Source of the DNA: Clostridia bacterium
Lineage (GTDB): Bacteria; Bacillota; Clostridia; Oscillospirales; CAG-272
Assembly (NCBI GenBank): GCA_017463665.1
Contig: JAFTOT010000087.1
Coordinates: 5,871-69,870 of the forward strand
Reading direction: 5' to 3'
DNA: 64,000 nucleotides
Position numbers and translations under genes: made by a program
Notes under the pieces: model-generated
The model's input: the letters and a program-made list of their open reading frames with translations, nothing else
The model's database searches: none
Told to the model about the DNA's origin: nothing
Part shown: one piece after another, positions 59,828 through 64,000 of the stretch
Numbering within the stretch: position 1 is the first letter of the stretch
Layout of the letters: each line of letters begins with the position of its first letter

Positions 59828-60472
59828 CTATTGCGGCAGCAGCACTTCGGTCGAGAACGCGCCGTCCTCGGACGCGCGCGTGACATAGCCGCCGTACTTT
59901 TTCACGATTGCATCGATCCGCGCAATGCCAAAGCCGTGCCCCTCGCCCTTGGTGGTGCGAAAATGCTGCTTTTTCTTGCCGCCCGCCGTATTGGTCAGCG
60001 CGAGATAGAGGTAGTTGCCCTTCATCTCCATGTAAATGCGGATCAGACGTTCGCTTTCGGGCAGCTCCATGCACGCGTCGATCGCGTTGTCGAGCAGATT
60101 GCCGATGATGACGCAGAGGTCGAGCTCCGACACGCTCAGCGACACGGGGATCTTTGCCTCGGCTTTGACAGTGATGTGCTTCTCGGCGGCAAGCGACAGC
60201 TTGCTGTTGAGGATGGCGTCTGCCATGCGGTTGCCCGTTTTGATGACGGTCTCTACGTTGGTCAGATCGTCGTCGAGCAGGTCGAGGTACTTTGCGATCT
60301 CAGCATATTCGCCGTTTGCCGCGTGCACCTTCATCACCTGGATGTGGTGGCGGTAGTCGTGCCGCCAGCCGCGCATCTTCTTATACATGTTTTCCACTTC
60401 GGCGTAGTGCTTTTGCAGAATTTCATTTTCAAAGGCGGCAACCTTTTTTGCGATCAGTTTATCAAACAGCAT
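59828..60472 (-). CDS. Cytoplasmic GHKL histidine-kinase-like protein (AgrC/LytS-type HPK10 core) lacking any transmembrane sensor domain
   Basis: 214 aa. DHp His region MRGWRHDYRHHIQVM, N-box IIGNLLDNAIDAC, G-box GEGHGFGIARI. No hydrophobic segment. Confidence 0.8.
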   Translation of the reverse strand: MLFDKLIAKKVAAFENEILQKHYAEVENMYKKMRGWRHDYRHHIQVMKVHAANGEYAEIAKYLDLLDDDLTNVETVIKTGNRMADAILNSKLSLAAEKHITVKAEAKIPVSLSVSELDLCVIIGNLLDNAIDACMELPESERLIRIYMEMKGNYLYLALTNTAGGKKKQHFRTTKGEGHGFGIARIDAIVKKYGGYVTRASEDGAFSTEVLLPQ

Positions 60473-60482
60473 GATGCTCTCC

Positions 60483-61184
60483 TCACAGATATTTGATCAG
60501 CGCGGCGTGCACATCGTCGTACAGTCCGCGGCTGATGGGGAGCGTGTCCCCGTTTGCCATGGTGACCTCGGTGCGTGTGATCTTTTTGACGTACTTCAAC
60601 CCCACCACATAGGAGCGGTGCACCTTGAAAAAGGTCTCGTCGAGCTGCTGCACAAATTTGCCGAGTGCCGCGCGCATGCGGAATGTGCCGTGTGCGGTGT
60701 GCACGAGGACGTAGACATTCTCGGATTCGATATACACGATGTCGGCGAGCGGCACCTTGATGTCGCCGTCGGCGGTGGCGAGCAGCACCGACCGCTGGCG
60801 GTAGGCGAGGTTATGCGCCGCGCGGTCGAGCACGGGGAAGAGCTTTTCTTCGCTGACGGGTTTGATCAGATAGTGCAGTGCCGACACGTCAAAGCCGTCG
60901 CTGAAATATTCGTAGTACCCCGTGACAAAGATGATCTGTATCGCGCTGTTTTCGCGCCGCAGCGTCTTGGCAAGCTCAATGCCGTTCATCTTGCCCATCT
61001 CAATATCGAGCAGCAGAATGTCAAAGCTCTTGTCCTCGCCGTAGGCAAACAAAAACGCCTCTGCCGAGGAAAAGGTCTGCACCTCTGTAAGATGCGCGCG
61101 CCCTTTTGCCCATGTTTCGAGCGTGTGGCGCAGGTATGCGAGCTGTTTTTCCTCGTCGTCGCAGACGGCAATCTTCAAATGCAT
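60483..61184 (-). CDS. LytTR-family response regulator
   Basis: Receiver MHLKIAVCDDE...DILLLDIEMGKMNG plus a LytTR DNA-binding C-terminus (IVYIESENVYVLVHTAHGTFRMRAALGKF...FFKVHRSYVV). Confidence 0.9.
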   Translation of the reverse strand: MHLKIAVCDDEEKQLAYLRHTLETWAKGRAHLTEVQTFSSAEAFLFAYGEDKSFDILLLDIEMGKMNGIELAKTLRRENSAIQIIFVTGYYEYFSDGFDVSALHYLIKPVSEEKLFPVLDRAAHNLAYRQRSVLLATADGDIKVPLADIVYIESENVYVLVHTAHGTFRMRAALGKFVQQLDETFFKVHRSYVVGLKYVKKITRTEVTMANGDTLPISRGLYDDVHAALIKYL

Positions 61185-61316
61185 GGCGGTTCTCCTTTTG
61201 CTTGATGCTTAAATTGTACCCGCAAAGGAGAAGTTTGTCAAGGATGATAGAAAAAAAGAAATAAAGGCAAAAAATAACGGCGCCAAGCGCTCTTTTTTCC
61301 CATTTTTCCCGTTTAC

Positions 61317-61371
61317 TTTACAAAAACTTTACAAAAGCTTGATAATGGATTTTATATACCGCAGGTATAAT
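61317..61371 (+). promoter_or_regulatory. Pho-box-like promoter: four hexamers at 11-bp spacing followed by TATAAT
   Basis: TTTACA-aaaac-TTTACA-aaagc-TTGATA-atgga-TTTTAT-N10-TATAAT. No -35 consensus is present. Confidence 0.55.
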
Positions 61372-61406
61372 GGATTTGTAAAACTTATGTAAAGGAAAAG
61401 AAAAAC

Positions 61407-63152
61407 ATGGACATTTTCAGTGTGTTAAACCTGATCGGCGGACTTTGTCTCTTCCTGTTCGGCATGAATCTCATGGGACAGGCACTCGAAAGAAGAGCAG
61501 GCGACAGCCTCCGCATCATTCTCGGAAAACTGACTACGAAAAAGATGGCCGGATTTTTGACCGGTCTTGCAGTGACCTCGGTTATCCAAAGCTCCTCGGC
61601 GACTACGGTCATGGTCGTCGGCTTTGTCAACTCGGGACTGCTTACCCTCGGACAGGCGATCAATGTTATCATGGGCGCAAACGTCGGCACCACAGTGACC
61701 GCATGGCTGCTCAGCCTCGGCGGCATCGACAGCGATGTGCTGTGGCTGCAGCTCTTGAAGCCCACTTCGTTTACCCCTATTCTTGCGCTCATCGGTATTA
61801 TTTTTACGATGTTCTCCAAGAGCACGAAAAAGAAGGATACCGGTGTCATTTTGCTCGGCTTTGCAACGCTGATGTACGGCATGGACAGCATGTCCGCTGC
61901 CGTCAGCGGACTCAAGGACGTACCCGAGTTCCAGCAGCTCTTTGTTACCTTCTCGAATCCCATCCTCGGCGTACTTGCGGGTGCGATCCTCACCGCGATC
62001 ATCCAATCGAGTTCGGCATCCGTCGGTATTCTGCAGGCGCTTTCCGCGACCGGTGCGGTCTCGATGGGCGCTGCCATCCCGATCATCATGGGACAGAACA
62101 TCGGTACCTGTATCACCGCGATCCTCTCTTCGTTCGGCACCAATAAGAATGCAAAGCGTGCCGCGCTCGTGCACCTTTCCTTCAATGTCATCGGTACGGC
62201 AATCCTGCTGACGGTATTCTGCATCGCCAAGGCGCTGTTTGATATTCCGCTGCTGTCGCAGCCGGCGGATCATGTCAGCATTGCGATCGCGCACTCGACA
62301 TTCAATATCCTCTGCACGATGATGCTGCTGCCGATGTCGAAGCTGCTCGAAAAGCTTGCGGTTACGCTGATCCCCGATGCCAAAACGCCCGAGGCGGTGG
62401 CAGAGCTGGACGAGCGTCTGCTGAACACCCCCGCCGTAGCGCTGGAGCGCTGCCACGCGGTTGCGATGGATATGGCGGAGTGCGCTGTGGAGTCGATGAA
62501 AGAAGCGCTGACTTCTTTGCAGAATTTCACGCCCGAGCTCGCAAAATCCATCCGTGAAAAAGAAGATCGCACCGACCACTACGAGGACATCCTCGGTTCC
62601 TATCTGGTAAAACTGAGCACCCAGCAGATCGGCGAAAAGGACAGCGCCGAGGCGGCGATGCTGCTGAAAGTTATCGGTGATTTTGAGCGTATTTCCGACC
62701 ACAGCGTCAATATTCTCGAATCTGCCGAGGAAATGCAGGCAAAGAATCTTGCATTCTCGCATGCGGCAAAGAAGGAGATCGCTGTGCTGACTTCTGCGGT
62801 AGACGAGATCCTGGGTCTTTCGCTCGCGGCTTTCCGCGATCACGACATGGCTGCACTGGCGGCGATCGAACCGCTGGAGCAGGTCATCGACGGACTGAAA
62901 GAACAGCTGCGCACCAACCACATCCTGCGTCTGCAGCAGGGAAGCTGCACGATCGATGCGGGCTTTGTCTGGGCGGATCTGCTCACCAATCTGGAGCGCA
63001 CCTCCGACCACTGCTCCAATATCGCAGGCGGCATCATTGACTTTGACCGCAGCAATATGAACATTCATGAAAATGTCCGCGCCCTCCGCGCCGCGAACAA
63101 AGAGTATAAAGAGCAGTATGACAGCTACCTCGATAAGTATGCGATCGTATAA
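61407..63152 (+). CDS. Na+/phosphate cotransporter family protein with C-terminal PhoU-like domain
   Basis: N-terminus MDIFSVLNLIGGLCLFLFGMNLMG, duplicated Na_Pi_cotrans repeats (QSSSATT / QSSSASV), helical PhoU-like tail. Confidence 0.88.
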   Translation: MDIFSVLNLIGGLCLFLFGMNLMGQALERRAGDSLRIILGKLTTKKMAGFLTGLAVTSVIQSSSATTVMVVGFVNSGLLTLGQAINVIMGANVGTTVTAWLLSLGGIDSDVLWLQLLKPTSFTPILALIGIIFTMFSKSTKKKDTGVILLGFATLMYGMDSMSAAVSGLKDVPEFQQLFVTFSNPILGVLAGAILTAIIQSSSASVGILQALSATGAVSMGAAIPIIMGQNIGTCITAILSSFGTNKNAKRAALVHLSFNVIGTAILLTVFCIAKALFDIPLLSQPADHVSIAIAHSTFNILCTMMLLPMSKLLEKLAVTLIPDAKTPEAVAELDERLLNTPAVALERCHAVAMDMAECAVESMKEALTSLQNFTPELAKSIREKEDRTDHYEDILGSYLVKLSTQQIGEKDSAEAAMLLKVIGDFERISDHSVNILESAEEMQAKNLAFSHAAKKEIAVLTSAVDEILGLSLAAFRDHDMAALAAIEPLEQVIDGLKEQLRTNHILRLQQGSCTIDAGFVWADLLTNLERTSDHCSNIAGGIIDFDRSNMNIHENVRALRAANKEYKEQYDSYLDKYAIV

Positions 63153-63170
63153 CATATAATTAAATAAGCA

Positions 63171-63206
63171 AGCGTGCCCGCAAAACAATGCGGGCACGCT
63201 TTTGCT
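63171..63206 (+). terminator. Rho-independent terminator after Na/Pi transporter gene
   Basis: AGCGTGCCCGC/GCGGGCACGCT stem followed by TTTTGCTTG. Confidence 0.8.
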
Positions 63207-63230
63207 TGTCGAAGATACTTTTTCGATAAG

Positions 63231-63270
63231 CAGTACAAAAGGGAGCTCATCGGAGCTCCCTTTTGTACTG
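63231..63270. other. Perfect 18-bp-stem hairpin with no T-run
   Basis: CAGTACAAAAGGGAGCTC-ATCG-GAGCTCCCTTTTGTACTG. Confidence 0.8.
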
Positions 63271-63284
63271 CGGCAGGTCTGCAC

Positions 63285-63313
63285 TTGTGTTTGGAGGAAT
63301 GCTGTGTTATAAT
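63285..63313 (+). promoter_or_regulatory. Candidate promoter (extended -10) for the last gene
   Basis: TTGTGT, 17-nt spacer, TGtTATAAT. Confidence 0.45.
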
Positions 63314-63343
63314 AAAATACAACATGATTTGAGGAGTTACTGT

Positions 63344-64000
63344 ATGACAGGTGTTTTTTTCAGTAAATTACGCGGTATCCTTCTTTCTTTGCTCTTTATC
63401 GTTGGCGGTACGGCTGCGGCGATCCTGTTGGGAGTCGTGCTTTTCAGCGATCTTTCGTCGGTTTCCTTAGCCGAATTTCTCTTTTTGTTTCTTATGATGT
63501 GTTTTATGCTTTTGCTCGCCTGTCTCGGTATACTGCTTCTTTTATACAATCACGGGGCGTATTTTGTGGCAGATGAGATGGGCATATCCGCAAAATTCGG
63601 TTTGCATGATCCGAAAAGTTGGACATGGGCAGAGATTTTGCGCATTGATTTTGCACCGAATCAGCTGATCGTAAAACTGAAAAACGGGAAGACGTATTCT
63701 GTCGGTTTTTTGGTCAATGCCAAGGAGCTTTACGACTATTGCAGACCGCATATCGCCGAAAGAAAGCTTCCGTCTGCGGAAGTGATCCGCGGGCAATTGC
63801 ACACCGCAAAACAAAAGCGCAGATTGTACATTGTTTATATCGTTTTGGCATTCGCCGTTGTGTTTGGAGCGATTTTTTTCAGCGGCTATTATGTCGGTGA
63901 AGATCTGCATGCTTTGACGGTATCTCAAACGGGCGTATTTGTGTGCTGTACCGTGGCAGAGATCGTTGCTGTTGTTATCGCCTTTGTTTTGGCGGAGTAC
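63344..64000 (+). CDS. Membrane protein, unknown function, 3'-truncated by window edge (not in the supplied ORF track)
   Basis: ATG 63344 lies 7 nt after GAGGAG. The frame stays open for 219 codons to the window end (MTGVFFSKLRGILLSLLFIVGGTAAAILLGVVLF...), with several hydrophobic helices. Confidence 0.7.
   Translation, partial: MTGVFFSKLRGILLSLLFIVGGTAAAILLGVVLFSDLSSVSLAEFLFLFLMMCFMLLLACLGILLLLYNHGAYFVADEMGISAKFGLHDPKSWTWAEILRIDFAPNQLIVKLKNGKTYSVGFLVNAKELYDYCRPHIAERKLPSAEVIRGQLHTAKQKRRLYIVYIVLAFAVVFGAIFFSGYYVGEDLHALTVSQTGVFVCCTVAEIVAVVIAFVLAEY

Noticed and set aside
1-64000. tRNA, rRNA, prophage, integrase or transposase genes and toxin-antitoxin or defence islands.
   Set aside because: I found no cloverleaf-like tRNA sequences (no GTTCGAATC-type T-arms), no rRNA-like stretches, and no recombinase, transposase or phage structural motifs in any sizeable ORF. 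The only possible mobile-element trace is the 32-codon HTH-like fragment at 6748-6846.

Overview
The window looks like a contiguous chromosomal segment of an anaerobic Firmicute. This rests on Clostridia-type gene content, SLH-anchored surface proteins, and a GC content that looks fairly high by eye. It is densely coding. I saw no rRNA, tRNA, CRISPR/cas or intact mobile element.

Gene order, left to right:
- 3' part of an EF-G-family gene.
- A 7-gene ECF-sigma/anti-sigma operon. It carries two paralogous single-pass proteins, two FtsX-type permeases and one ABC ATPase.
- On the minus strand, an OmpR-type two-component operon with two membrane proteins. Next to it are cardiolipin synthase and two small genes that share an identical 20-bp upstream motif.
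- An AraC regulator divergent from a short glycyl-radical enzyme and its activase.
- A sulfur block: O-acetylhomoserine sulfhydrylase, cysK, a membrane S-component-like protein, an HD hydrolase, a frameshifted mnmA and an Rrf2/CymR-like regulator.
- A cobalamin-riboswitch-controlled operon. It encodes a 1915-aa SLH-anchored surface protein, a second SLH protein, a DUF4430 (transcobalamin-like) membrane protein, EcfT, and a fused EcfA-EcfA'-membrane-domain protein.
- A long minus-strand redox island: two small [2Fe-2S] proteins, a group-B-like [FeFe] hydrogenase, an LDH/MDH-family dehydrogenase, fumC, hdrBCA, an MvhD/FlxD-like gene, three Flx-like Fe-S/flavoprotein genes, frdB/frdA-like genes and an AAE-family transporter.
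- A radical SAM/SPASM gene, a 672-aa orphan protein, a Thr/Pro-repeat lipoprotein and glgB.
- A LytTR regulator, a transmembrane-less GHKL kinase and two ABC exporter genes.
- A Na/Pi cotransporter with Pho-box-like repeats upstream.
- A 3'-truncated membrane protein gene that is missing from the ORF track.

Most interesting candidates:
1. The B12-riboswitch operon. It reads as a Gram-positive cell-surface corrinoid capture system built from transcobalamin-like alpha and beta modules feeding an ECF importer.
2. The hdr-flx cluster fused transcriptionally to a soluble fumarate-reductase-like pair and a SucE-like exporter. This may be a flavin-based electron-bifurcating fumarate reductase.
3. 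Two intergenic arrays of tri-loop mini-hairpins separated by short constant linkers that switch orientation mid-array.

All functional calls come from reading motifs by eye. No database search was run.
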